From Octopus bimaculoides (Eukaryota), in NCBI RefSeq assembly GCF_001194135.2, contig NC_068981.1:73535924-73586680 (forward strand): DNA of 50,757 nucleotides, given 5' to 3'. Numbering within the stretch: the first letter of the stretch is position 1; each line of letters begins with the position of its first letter. The translations under genes were made by a program, and so were the position numbers. The notes beneath the pieces were generated by a model. The model was given only the letters and a program-made list of their open reading frames with translations, was not told the DNA's origin and searched no databases. Of this stretch, positions 1-12,470 are shown piece by piece.

Positions 1-330
1 AATACAAAGACCTGGAAATAGAGGTAACTCGAATGTGGAATCTAAAAACAGAAACAATTCTTATCATAGTAGGCGCCTTAGGTATAATAAAAAAATATTC
101 AGACAAATACATAACAAAAACACCAGGACATACAAATATATGTAACATACAGAAAATTGCACTACTGGGCACTGCACACATCCTACGCAAAACACTTTCA
201 ATACAGCAACCATAAGAGCATCACAGCAAACCACAGCACATACCCAAGGAACACAGAGCTGCGCTCGGTAGTGAAGTGAAAGCACGTTATAAAAATAAAA
301 CTACTGAACAATAATAATAATAATGATAAT
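1..330 (+). mobile_element. 3' end of RLE-type non-LTR retrotransposon (R4/Dong-like) with 3' UTR and (AAT)n tail
   Basis: Frame reads KYKDLEIEVTRMWNLKTETILIIVGALG...LLGTAHILRKTLS, the C-terminus of a restriction-like endonuclease domain. 3' UTR 216-309 matches the minus-strand copy at 22838-22959. (AAT)n tail at 310-330. Confidence 0.85.
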
Positions 331-399
331 AGTTTCAAATTTTGCCACAAAGGCAGCCGTTTTGGGGCAGATGTGTCGATCACCTCGACTTCAGTCTTC

Positions 400-598
400 A
401 ATAATCCGTTCTACTAGAGCCACAAGGCCTGAAATTTCGGGGAAGGGGTAAAGTTGAATACATTGACCCCACTGGTACGTAATTTATCAACTCCGAAAGG
501 ATGAAATGCAAAGTGGACCTCGGCGGAATTTGAACTCAGAGCAAAATATCACGAAGCATTTTGCCCGGCTTGCTAAAGATTCTGCCAGCTCACCGCCT
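400..598 (-). mobile_element. tRNA-derived SINE, family A (resembles octopus OR-type SINEs)
   Basis: Reverse complement has head GGCGGTGAGCTGGCAG, B-box-like GAGTTCAAATTCC, body CCTTTCGGAGTTGATAAA and tail GGCCTTGTG..TAGTAGAA. About ten related copies in the window. Confidence 0.85.
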
Positions 599-912
<314 letters not shown>

Positions 913-1084
913 ACAAGGACTGGATGCTGCGGCTTACGTGCAAATACAAAAGTAGCTAACGATCACACTATGTTGTCAAGGAAGCTTGCAAATTTGCAAG
1001 GGAACTTGACATTAATCCTCAATCAGGTGTCACTTTCATGGTATGCGCTGCTCTCTTACTCAATAATAACAGTAACTATCATTT

Positions 1085-1665
1085 ATTGACCACAAGGTCC
1101 GCGCCCAAAACAAAAGATACAACGCAAAGGACAATGAGGATTTACATTTAGTGGGTGTAAACTAACAACAATAAAAAGTTTGAACAATAAAATTTTCCAA
1201 AAGTTGCGGATGCTCCACCCAGAGAAAATCAAAAAATCCCACTCATCCTGGACACCCTGAACACCAAGGGCAGCTCGAGTAAGCAATCCTCTCTTTTCCA
1301 TCTCCTCTGGCTTACAGCGCATGCTCAGAGTAGGCCCATTTACACAGACAATCCTTGCCACATTCACCTACATTTCAACAAAATTACTGAGGCTAGGGGC
1401 AACAATTCTCTCTCCTCTCTCACTTTCCTTTTGAAGTGGAACTCGAAAAAGTCGAGTCCACCACACAGCTACCAAGCAGAGGAAAACTGTCTGCACTTCT
1501 CGGCCAAAAGAAGGCAGCGGGATAATCTTCACAATGGGCTCGATCTATATCCAAATCCGTTCTACACGCCACAACAGCTACTCGACAAAACTCCAGAAGT
1601 CAGCAGTTCCAGGACAGTGGACGGATGCATGCAGAACAATTTCATAGCTCTACACCTGCTCACCG
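1085..1665 (-). mobile_element. 3' fragment of L1/Tx1-like LINE (ORF2 C-terminal zinc-knuckle region plus 3' UTR), decayed
   Basis: Minus frame EIVLHASVHCPGTADFWSFVE*LLWRVERIW...VFLCLVAVWWTRL resembles the CCHC-knuckle tail of L1-clade ORF2. T-rich UTR ends in AATAAA near 1085. Confidence 0.6.
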
Positions 1666-1699
1666 TCAATAATAATAGCAATAATAATGATGATGATTT

Positions 1700-1790
1700 A
1701 AATTTTGGCACAAGACCAGCAGTTTCATGGGAGGGGATAAGTTGATTACATCGAACCCATTACTCAACTAGTACTTTTTTTTTCGACCCC
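1700..1790 (-). mobile_element. SINE family A, 3' fragment
   Basis: AAATTTTGGCACAAGACCAGC...GATTACATCGA...GTACT...TCGACCCC matches the tail and body of the other copies. Confidence 0.6.
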
Positions 1791-1794
1791 GCCT

Positions 1795-1835
<41 letters not shown>

Positions 1836-3179
1836 AGCAATAACAACACTAATGGTAATTTAGCACATGATAAGACTAAATGTAATTGTAGAGTAACCAA
1901 CAATTGCCTTCAGAGTAGTCATTACTTGAGAAATCATGTTGCTTATAGATGCTTTATCTCTACTAGATACCGAAATTCGATAAGAATCTATATCTGTCAA
2001 GCCTTCTACTGATTTCAATAGACGTTCTTAGCTGAAGTCAGTTCATTTTCTAATATTACACACACATCTTTTTTCTCGTTAAATTATATCCATGTTCTGA
2101 AGGCTATTAACATTTCTCATAATATTTCTGAGTTTTATATGGACTGGAAGACCTTAACAAGGTGGCTGCACTGCAGGTTATCTGTGAAGCAGTGAATCTC
2201 TTGCATTTTACGTAAGAATATGGATCTTCTCAATAAACAACATAATGCAATTACATCTGTCAATTTCGATTTTTGTTAACGTTTACTTTTTTTCCATAGA
2301 TCATTATGCACCAATCACCTTATATAACTTTGAACTTGTATTTCGATCTAACATGATCCTAGCTTTTATAGTTTCCCTCTTAGTCCATTTACATATATCA
2401 ACTGGGCCTAATTAGAATTGTGATAAGTTTGTATTCTCATGATACCATAAAGTTTTTAAAACTATGGTCATAGTTAAGTAAAGATTAATTTTTATATGCC
2501 CTCCTTATACATTCACAAATTTGCCTTTTATTCTCATTCTTTATTTATATTTTATTATTTTCTTTTCTCTCATTTTCTATTTCCTTATATTTTTCATGCG
2601 GCTTCTGTCTTGTCTACACGCCTGGATGCTTATATTAAGATCGTCAAAATGTCGTTCTGTCATTCGATTAGAAAAGGGTGCTCAGCTTGCTTTAACCTTG
2701 CTTTTTCGTCTTTAATTACTCCTTTGTTCTTTCTTTACTATATTTTCTACAAACTTAGATTTATGACGTCTGAAATAGTCTTAATCTAATCGACTATTAT
2801 TGCCCTTTCATCTATTTTCAACCTTTTGTGTTCGTCGTTCTTTGTTCTATACTTATCATTCTCCTACACTCTGTCCTTCACCTTTGCTTACAAATTATTG
2901 TTCTTCCTCTCACAGCCTTTCTTCCTCTCGCACTTTCCACCTCACTACTACTAACCACCGTCTTCCTTTATCTTTTTATTCATGTTTTCTGTTCTTAAAT
3001 ATACATTTATTACTACCGAATCTACAGTCAATCACTCATCCATCTGGTGAAGTATCCAGCTCGAACATACCATCGTATCATTCTTATGTGTTGATAGCAG
3101 ATACTCTTCTTTTACTGTGTCTTATTGCATCAGTATGTACATCTGTTAAACTTTTGAAACAGCTGTAGATTTTTTCAAA

Positions 3180-3226
<47 letters not shown>

Positions 3227-3399
3227 TGAGGAGCTGCGTTAGTTTTAAACAATGATCGTGAATAATTGATTCATAAACCATGATAGTAGAAAGGTTGTTT
3301 CACATACGTACACACACACACACACACATACACATAGGCACACACACAGGCAGACACAGGCACACACACAGGCATGCACACAGGCACGCAGATATATAT

Positions 3400-4010
3400 A
3401 CGTGGTGTTCGGGCTAAATTTGAGAGTTAGCATAAAAGGTGCACAATATCTCATCCAAAGATAAAAGGATTTTTAAAGAATCAAAAGAAAGCAACAAGAT
3501 TGTGTTTGGGAATATAACAGTTTCCTCAAATTAGCCGCCCTTTGCTTTCACCACAGCCTCAAGGATGGCTCCAGAACTGTCTCATACGTTCCTCAGTGTG
3601 TTACTTGGAAGATCTTCGAACACCTCTTTGATCTTGGCCATCAGCTTGGTCTTGATGTTGCAGGTAGAGCGGTTGGTGTCATTTTCAAATGTGCCCTACA
3701 CATAATGATCCATGGGATAACAATAGGAAGGATCAGGAGGTCAGAAATTGAAGGAGGTGAAGTCGTAGAAGTTTACCGATAACCACTTCTGACTCTTTCC
3801 GTAGTTATGCCAAGGAGTTGAATCTTGCTGCAACACATGGCCTTTCTCTCCAGCCAGAGTTTTAATCACATTTGCCACCAGCTTCACGAAGCCATCTGAA
3901 TTGAACTTAACCCTTTGTTCAAAGAAGTGAGGCGGCGTATCACCCTCACTGGAGAAACACCCAAGACCATCACAGTTTGGGGAAAAACTAGTTTTTATGA
4001 TATCCAAGTC
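3400..4010 (-). mobile_element. Tc1/mariner DD37D (maT/mori-type) transposase 3' half with terminal repeat, pseudogenised
   Basis: Minus frame ...SSEGDTPPHFF...VLQQD then *PPDPSYCYPMDHYV*G (decayed WPPNSPDCNPLDYYVWG). Hand count gives exactly 37 residues between the two Asp. TIR-like end TACGTGGTGTTCGGGCTAAATTTGAG at about 3399. Confidence 0.85.
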
Positions 4011-4399
4011 ACGTTATACAGCCTTTAGAGTGTTCACAGACCACTGAACAACAGTCATGGTGTCGGCATTTTGATACACGGTGCGAATGATCATGATATA
4101 TGTAATTCTTTTCTAATATTCAGATGGCTCCTAGTCCTCCATGTTAGCTAACTTTTTCTCAACTACAACTTCAATCACATCGCTCTCCAACACCGTTGAC
4201 ATGAAACTGTTCTTGTAAAAAGGAGAAATAACATATCGTCAAATTTAGGCCGAGCACTTTGGATATACAAAGACATAATAAAGAATGGAGGATTATGCAT
4301 CTATAATAAAAATTTTCCAGCGTATAAAATTCCAGCGCATGTTTTTGTTGTAAATGTGTCTCAGGGTCCTTTGATGTGATATTTCTGTGCAACTAATCG

Positions 4400-4594
4400 A
4401 TTTATATTAAATCAATTATAGTATAAATTCCGATCCAAAGGCTGGCATTCTTATACCATTTTTTTTCAAGGTGTTCCTCATACGGGTGGATGAATTTACT
4501 TCATTCGACCGTAGGGGGAACACCTTGAAAAAAAGTTGTATAAGAATGTCAATCTTTGGATCAGAAGTTGCACTATTACTGATTTAATATGAAA
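4400..4594. repeat. About 195 bp near-perfect inverted repeat (fold-back, probable MITE)
   Basis: Arms 4401-4494 and 4500-4594, roughly 16 mismatches over about 91 aligned nt by hand; 5-nt loop TTTAC. Confidence 0.85.
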
Positions 4595-4931
4595 CAATTT
4601 GCTGCAGCAAACCATCAAAACAAAGAACACTGAAACACTTGTACAATAGAAACACGTGATGGAATTTTATTCGCTGGAAAAGTTTAATTGAAGATGTAAA
4701 ATTCTCCATTCTATATTATGTATTTCTAATATACACTGGAAATTTACATAAAATCCTTCGAAGTGGACTAACGATTTAGCAATCGAAAGGGGTTAAACTG
4801 TATTTATTAATTCTACACGATCTCAAATGTATCTTCATATTCAATATGGTTAGCCAAGTCTAGATTTTCACAGACTGCTGTTAAAGTAACAGGTTGGATT
4901 TAAAATCCCTATACCCTTGATTTTATGTAGG

Positions 4932-4992
<61 letters not shown>

Positions 4993-5062
4993 GTGTGTGT
5001 ATGTGTGTGTGTGTGTGTGTGTATTTTATGCATCTATAATTATACACTTACATGCATATGTG

Positions 5063-5104
<42 letters not shown>

Positions 5105-5718
5105 AATGATTTATAGAGTAACCTTAAATGCTCCTGTAGTTTGGTTTAAGAGAGAACTGCATTTTTTAGCGTATTGAGTTGATTAACTTGTCAGTTATTT
5201 AGAAGTATCTTCACGCGCAAATCTAAAGGAGACATAAAATTGAAATTGGTTGGTTTTGAAGCATAATTAGAAGAAAAAAAAATAGAAACAATCTAACGAA
5301 TCTTTTGGAAATTTATGAGTAAACTGAATTCTTTAAGAAGAGCATATTGGTTTTCAATCTCTATTTAATGGAGAATTGTCATATATTTTACTGCCAAATT
5401 TAGCCTGAAACAAATGGTTGGAGTTAATGTTAACCTATTCTCTGAAGTAGAAATATTTACTAATACACTGAAAGAATTTTCTTTAGTTACAAACTTAAAA
5501 CTACAATCGGTTCATATTGCTGCGTAATCTTAACGCATCTTAATTTCCATTTAGCTGCTTCATATACATCGGTTATTGCAAGTATCCATTCAGGTTACTA
5601 TGTCAAACCGTACAATGTACGCACACACGCGCGTGTACCTCCCCCTCCCCATGCACACATCTGTTTGTCTGTGGGTATGTTTGTACGCATGTATGAATAT
5701 AGGCATGCATACAATATA

Positions 5719-6250
5719 CGAGAGGGTTCTCAAAAGAAACCGGAGTTTTCCAATATTATTTTTATTCACTTAGTTTTTCCGTGTTAAACACTTGTATCGC
5801 CTTCAAAATATTTTCCATTTGAAGCAATACATCGATCGGGACGCGTTTTCCACTATTCGAAGCTGTACTGGAACTCTTGCGAAGTGATGCCTATTAACGT
5901 CTCTGTCGTTTTTCTCCTCACCTCTCTCACATTTGCAAATTCCATAGCACCAGCTTTCGTCACCATTATGACCTTCGAAAAAAGGTCCGGATCAACTTCC
6001 AACTGTTCTTTCAGTTCACAACAAGCATTCAGTCGTGACTGCTTTTGATACTCCGTGAGCAAGCGAAGCCCAAATTTTGCTGCAACACTTTTCATTCTCA
6101 ATTCATCGCTCAAAATTCGTTGGCAGGATCTCCAGGATTAACCAGTCATATCAACAAGTTCATCAATTTTTCGGTGACGGTCCACCAAGATCAGTTCATG
6201 AATTTTCGTGATGTTTGGAGCTCTACATTTTAGAGCTCCATGACCTCCAT
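5719..6250 (-). mobile_element. Internally deleted mariner (DD34D-type family) remnant
   Basis: ELRMKSVAAKFGLRLLTEYQKQSRL...FSKVI is joined directly to EFANVREV...EFQYSFE, so the catalytic core is deleted. TIR TA|CGAGAGGGTTCTCAAAAG at 5717-5736. Confidence 0.85.
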
Positions 6251-6392
6251 TTTTCAGGCGCAATTTTGGAATTTGCGCATAAAGATCAGTAGTATGGGAT
6301 ACATGTGTCATGATTAGAATTTTTACGGTATGTAAAGAGGGAAAGAACCCTCATCTGCAATTTTGATGATATTCGAATCATAGGTAATGATG

Positions 6393-6481
6393 AACTAGAA
6401 TGTTTCTTAGAGAAAATATAACAGAAAAGTCTTATTCTTCCATTGCATGTAACACGGGCAACGCCGAGTATCTCTGCTAGT
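6393..6481 (+). mobile_element. Possible Helitron-type non-autonomous 3' terminus
   Basis: GC-rich CGGGCAACGCCGAG followed by CTAG|T at 6477-6481; a related complementary motif CCCAGCGTTGCCC lies at about 9682. Confidence 0.4.
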
Positions 6482-7140
6482 TCTAAATAGATCTAAACCA
6501 CAACAGCACGATTTGCTTATATTATAACACATACAACACAAAGCGAACCAATAACCGAGCCTCTATGCAGTCGCTGGAACTGCTAGAAATAACAACCAAA
6601 TCTCCTTTAAATCACAATCTATCGTTTTCAAAGAACACGCTGAACAATGCAATCCTAGATACAGTAAAGATGAAATAGCTCCCGGCTGGAATGCTCAACA
6701 AAGACTGACCTGGGAATGAGCAGTAACATTTATTAATAATATTTTGCTGTGAAATAATAAGTATTTAAATACAAAAAACATCGCCTCCACTGCGTAAATA
6801 TTTTGCAATTGTTACCATTTTCTCAATAAACCATAAGATAACAATCAGTGGGTTGCATGAGGTGTCATGTTTTTGAAATAACGAGAAATTTCTGATAGCT
6901 TATCAGCATATCTGAATATGATGTTATTTTTATAACTCAACACCCTCTTAGGGATTTTAAAATAGCTTTGACATTACAAATGAAATCCATGTTTACAAAA
7001 TTACCCTTATGTTCCCAGAAAGCACCTACGATAACATGATTAATATGCTGTATTTTCTTACAGCTTGAAAGATAAGTCTTGCATTGCATACATACTTGTT
7101 TGAATGACATACTACATATATTAATATTATATAAAGAAAA

Positions 7141-7312
7141 ATGGTGGCGAACATTTCGTCCGTCTTTACGCTCTGGCTTCAAATATGCCAGGGTCTATTT
7201 TGCCTTCCATCCTTTCGGGGCTGATAAAATAAGTACTAGTTAAGCACTGGGATCAATTTAAATGACTTACCTTCTCCCCTAAAATGCTGGCCATGTCCCA
7301 AAATTTGAAACC
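7141..7312 (+). mobile_element. SINE family A, 5'-truncated
   Basis: ATTTCGTCCGTCTTTACG...GCCTTCCATCCTTTCGGGGCTGATAAAATAAGTACT...CCAAAATTTGAAACC. Confidence 0.75.
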
Positions 7313-7519
7313 AATATTATATTATAAAAATTCATATAGTACTGAACTAATATGTTGTATATGCTTTGACTTGGGTTTTCAACTACATGATAGTGTCATT
7401 GGGCACCATTGCAAGGAATGGTATGTTTTGGGTATTGTTTAGATCTGACAGAACCTATCTCTCTCCAGGTCAAGGCAAGTCAATTTCTTCAAGAGAGATA
7501 GACAGGACGTAAAGGTGAG

Positions 7520-7660
7520 AAAAAGAGAAGAATCAACCCCAGTACAAGACTGTTACTTTATTTATCGACCTCCAAAAGACGAAGAACAGCGTCGTCCTCT
7601 CAGAACTGGAACAATAACCGCAAAGTTATTCAATGCTCTTCGACCCTGCCAATAGGACGT
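7520..7660 (-). mobile_element. SINE family A, degenerate
   Basis: CCCCAGTAC...TACTTTATTTATCGACC matches the family body in reverse complement. Confidence 0.45.
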
Positions 7661-7735
7661 CTGTATTGAATATCTTTGTAGCTTGAATGTATTTGTTGTT
7701 TATCTATTTGCATATCTACTTCAGGGAAGTTGCCT

Positions 7736-8245
7736 AGCTGGCAGAATCGTTAGCATGCCGGGCGAAGCACTTAGCGGTATTTCGTCTGTCGCTACGTTCT
7801 GGGTTCAAATTCCGCTGAAGTAGACTTTGCCTTTCATTCTTTCGGAGTCGATTAAATAAGTACCAGTCACGCTCTGGGGTCGTTGTAATTGATCTAATCC
7901 CTTCCCCCAAATTTCAGGCTTTGTGCCTATAGTAGAAAAGAATCGTTAGCATGCCGAACAAAATGCTTTTGGCGGTATTTCGCACCCCTTTATGTTCAAA
8001 ACCTGCTGATCCTATACCAAAATTTAGACTTGTGAGCTGGCGCAATAATTAGCGCGTTGGATAAAATATTTAACGGCATTTCTTCCAGTAGTTTAGGTTT
8101 TGAGTTCAAATTCCGTTGAAGTCGACTTCACATTTTATCTTTTGGGTTCGATAAAATAAATCACTTGTTAAGTACATGGGTCGGTGGTATCGACCGACTC
8201 CCTCTTTTTAAAACTGGTGGCGTGTGCTAAAATTAGAAAAAGTAT
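7736..8245 (+). mobile_element. Head-to-tail cluster of three family A SINEs
   Basis: Copies at about 7736-7940, 7941-8030 (internally deleted) and 8032-8245. Confidence 0.85.
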
Positions 8246-9617
8246 ATATGCTTGTTTGAATAAGCTTACTTCAATCTCGCTTTGCACAATTATACAATAT
8301 TATAAGAATAAAATTTTCGAGGAATCATGACATCAATTTCAAATGCATATATAGTTATACTTATCTCAATTCTATTTTAAGGTAGCATTTAATGTATAGA
8401 CCTTTTGTCGTGTATGTGCGGTTTAGTGACTGACACTTTATAGAAGTCATGGGCAAACTATGACCCGCTGGACTTATTGAATGGCACGCTTAACGAAAAC
8501 TTACCTTGAATGTTTTTAGTAGTGGGGCAAGCTTGTTAATGAGCCATATCTCATGCAGCCCTCTTCTCAAAAAGGTGACCCATGCATGCTTTACTCACTA
8601 TAATATAATAGTTATATAACTCAGGTGATTTAATCTTTATGCAATTAACCGAAGTATGCTCTTTACCGAATCAGCGCGATATGCGATGATTTGTAAGATT
8701 ATATATTGCCTGTAGCATAAAATTTTTTTTTTTTATTTACAGTACGTTTGGAATATACGTAATTCACTTGCACTCAAACTAGACCAAGCTATTTTTCAAT
8801 AGAAATGTACTGGTATAAAAATCATTTGACTTGTTTTTCATTAATCATGAAGGTTTTTCAATTAAACTTGATATTCTTCATTTACCGAAGCTTATATCCG
8901 GATATCCTTGTTCTACTTAATGATAACAACTATGGTCATACGTATTAAGAAAGAACTAACTAGGCCATTCGAAGGATAAAATTGTCAACAATGAAAAATA
9001 AATAGATAAATAAATAAAATAAAAAGGCATCTCTTCACCATTTTGTCTTACCAATTTTATCTAAATTAAAAATATAATTATTGAAGATTTTATTACACTT
9101 TCAATCCGAGCTTCGACAGTTTTTAACTTATTGAAATGATGAAAGAAACCTGAATTCTTTTAATTCTTTGACATTGATTGTTTGTAAACATCAAGTATTG
9201 ACTACTTGTCATTTTACCCCCATCAAACAGAAAACGGAAGTTATCGCTATCACTCTTCATATTAAAACATATTATATTTCAAGCGACATTTTGAAAGATT
9301 TTACTCGGAATTTTAAAAAATATACACAAATGTTACGTAATTACTGAAATTGACGTCATTTGCATATGAAATTAACAATTAATTTCGCATAAATTGGCGG
9401 CTTAATCGTTAGATGTTTTGAAAAAATTGTACAACTAATCAAATTATGCAATTAACCGGCATTATTAAATGAATGACTATCAAGAATTCTTAAGAAAAAC
9501 TTCAGGACCTAATGAAGATTAAGGCATGTGCACATTTTTGTACAGAGTATAATAATCCAAACTCAAAACTAGAAGAGGCAGGCATATTTAAACTAATAGG
9601 TTAAAGTTAATGTATGG

Positions 9618-9666
<49 letters not shown>

Positions 9667-9864
9667 CACACTACCAACGCATCCCAGCGTTGCCCCAAAT
9701 GTTATAACTTACAGCCACATTGTATTATTTGTTTCTTTCTTATGAGCAGAATCAGCACACCTGATATATAATGAACTAGAAGTTATTCTTTGTTTAAAAG
9801 TAAAGGGGGAGGGTACAATTAGCATGGGTTTGCATGAAAGTGCTTTCTGTTCTTAAGAAGGATC

Positions 9865-10575
9865 ACAAACTATGTATTGTTCCACGTATAAAAGGAGGTT
9901 TATTCAGAAATCACGTTTTTTTAAATTTTAATTCCTCCCCCGTCCCCACCGCAATTTCTTAGTTTGTAACATTTTTCGAATTCTTTTTTAAATCCATGAA
10001 GAAAAATACAGACATTACGAATCTGAGAAATATTTTCTTTTTAAAGTTTAACTTTTCTTAAAGAAACACTCAAAGCCATTTCTCCCACATTGTCCACCCA
10101 TCACTTAGCCGCTTTCAAAAATCTAAAAACACTCAATATTTCACTTTCGTCTGATGTTTCACGAATGCGTAAAATTGTTCTGAAATAGCCGACGTAAAAT
10201 AAATTCAGACCACCACCAGAAAACCTTACATGATAGAACAGGTTAATGGCATTATTTCTGAAGAAACTTTCCCGCTTTCCAAAATGCTAAAAATGAAATA
10301 TTGGGAGTTTGTAGCTTTTTGAAAGTGGTGGTGAGATGGGTAGATGTTTGGAAAGGAGATTTTAGTGTTTCTTTAAGAAAATAGAAAGAAGAAAAATCTT
10401 AAAGATTCGTACTCTGTTCCCCCCCCCCCTTCTCCCTCCGTGGATAAGCAAGAACAAATTTCGAAAAAAGTTTAAAAAATTAAGAAATCGGGGGTGGGAA
10501 CGGAGAAAATTAAAATATTGAGAACGTATTTCTTGGGAGAAACTCTAATCCCTTGGATTGAAAACATAGGAATCG
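9865..10575. mobile_element. About 700 bp fold-back element with long imperfect arms (MITE-like)
   Basis: 9904-9982 is reverse-complementary to 10456-10535, and 10057-10143 to 10294-10381; weaker pairing continues toward the centre near 10200-10240. Confidence 0.7.
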
Positions 10576-11087
10576 GAAGAAATTTAGGAAAAAATCTGGG
10601 GGTGGAGGGGCACAGATGTCATGTGGGACATTCTAGAAACAACAGGTAAAGTAAGGATTTCTGGCAGAACTTCCTTTTAAGTTTATATCGAAGATCAGGT
10701 TTTTAAATACCGGTCATCACAAGCACGAATTACAGAATAGGAAAGGATGATTTCAATTGGATTTGAGCTGTAATTTTGCGCGTGCACATAGCAAGAAATA
10801 ACAGAAGTTTTATCGCGCGCGCGTGTGTGTATGGACCATAGGAAGATATTTTATAGCATTCTTTCGTTTGAAGCAGAAAAGTAGTCAACTCGATCATATG
10901 GTCGATCATATAGGATCTTATGATTCTTCGTTAATTTCCGTAAAAATTTTTTATTTCTTTCTGCTTTGAAGAGAGCAGAAATTGCAAGAGAGGAGACAGT
11001 GAAAAAGCGACATTTGCTTTGAAGTTAGAACAGAAAGTGCAAGAGAAGAGCAAATAAAAGATGTATGTACGTGTATATGAAATGGAC

Positions 11088-11125
<38 letters not shown>

Positions 11126-11339
11126 CTGTGTGTATGTGAGAGAGAGAGAGAGAAAGAGAGAGTGAGTGACGTTGTATGTTTTCATGTATTTTTGAATGTA
11201 TATGTAAGTAACACTCACCTTCTTTCTCTCTTTCTCTTTCACACACACATTATATTTCATATACACATATATAAATACATATGCATACATCTTTTTTGTA
11301 TGTATGTGTGCGTGTGCATGTGAAAGAGAAAGTGAGCGA

Positions 11340-11430
11340 CTGTATTTCCTCATAAAATATAGAGAAATGGATGTCTTTTAAGGTACACGCTCATATACCA
11401 CGTTGTCGTCGTGGTATAAAGTGTTGTTTA
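11340..11430 (-). mobile_element. Short dispersed segment homologous to the 5' part of the Helitron relic at 49 kb
   Basis: TACACGCTCATA...ACGTTGTCGTCGTGGTATAAA (11384-11420) versus TACACACTCATA...ACGTTGTCGTCG...CGTGGTATAAA (48994-49047). Confidence 0.4.
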
Positions 11431-11655
11431 CGATAGCTGTCTTATAGAAAGATTACAGTGTTAAATTTTTTTAATGCAAATATACAAATGAAAATAAAAT
11501 TTATTTTGTAGTCGAAAGATTACTGAATCCTTTGATACCCCATGCGACAAAATCGGCAACTCCGTTTTCGAATGCATTAGGAATTATATATATATATGAA
11601 AAATCTAATATTTTTAATATTAGATACAATGGGTATTTTAGTATTAAACAGGAAG

Positions 11656-11733
11656 GAAACTTTTAAACAAATGAGAGGTACTATTATTGGAAATAACTGT
11701 AGCCTCCTTTTAACGGATCTTTATTTGGCATAG
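11656..11733 (+). mobile_element. Possible Penelope-like RT motif fragment
   Basis: ETFKQMRGTIIGNNCSLLLTDLYLA* resembles the Q..GIPMG.NCAPLLADLYL motif; only 25 residues. Confidence 0.3.
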
Positions 11734-11769
11734 TTTAAGTTTTATCTTGCATCCCTATTTCTTGTTCTA

Positions 11770-12470
11770 TTCTTCTTTGTTTTGTGCACCAGGACTCTTA
11801 TTAATATTTCCCCTTCTTGGATTAGATAAGTATACTCTTCAAAGTTAAAAGCTGTGTATCGGTTGTTGGTCTAAGGCTGACGATTTTGGGCATATACGTC
11901 ACTGTCAATTTAGCTAGCATCTTCTGTTGAAATGCGTACAGCTTTTTCTCTGATGATATATGGCTGTACTTTTATGTCAATTTTCAAGATGCATATCCTT
12001 GGTCATCAGTCAGAGAACACTTCCCGAGAATCTTTTTTCCAAATCTCATAATGTTATCTGCCTGATGTATACATACGTGGAAGCAATTGGACGCTGGGAA
12101 GTTAAGTAAAGCTTGTTGAAAGGATACGATTCCACATTGAATCGTTGTTAAACCTCTTCTTCATTGTTTTCGCTTTATTCACTGGCAGTCGTTGTTGTAA
12201 AAATTTCAGGTGCCGGTTGACAGTTTTTAGATTTTAACATCAAAGGCTCAGAACTCATATCCAGTGATCATAACAACATTTTGGTATGATTACTAATACA
12301 GCACACATTCTGGGTAACTGATTTATTGTGTGCGTAGAGTTGTGAGGAGCATATTTTTATCTCAGCGTCGTACTTCGCTCATGTGTTCCATGTTATAACT
12401 TGCATCGCAGTATAGATTTTCATCTATTCCAAGGTATCTGTAATATTTCTCGTCAAATAGGCAAGATATA
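11770..12470 (-). mobile_element. Decayed RLE non-LTR fragment (RT C-terminal region), same subfamily as 18490-19880
   Basis: YRYLGIDEN motif. DNA matches to the 19 kb copy, e.g. GTATACATCAGGCAGATAACATTATGAGA versus GCATACATGAGGCTGATAACATCATAAGA, and CATATATCATCAGAGAAAAAG versus CATATCATCAGATGAAAGG. Confidence 0.65.

Noticed and set aside
8441-8490. hAT-MITE-like terminus GTCATGGGCAAACTATGACCCGC
   Set aside because: No matching opposite end or 8-bp TSD found.
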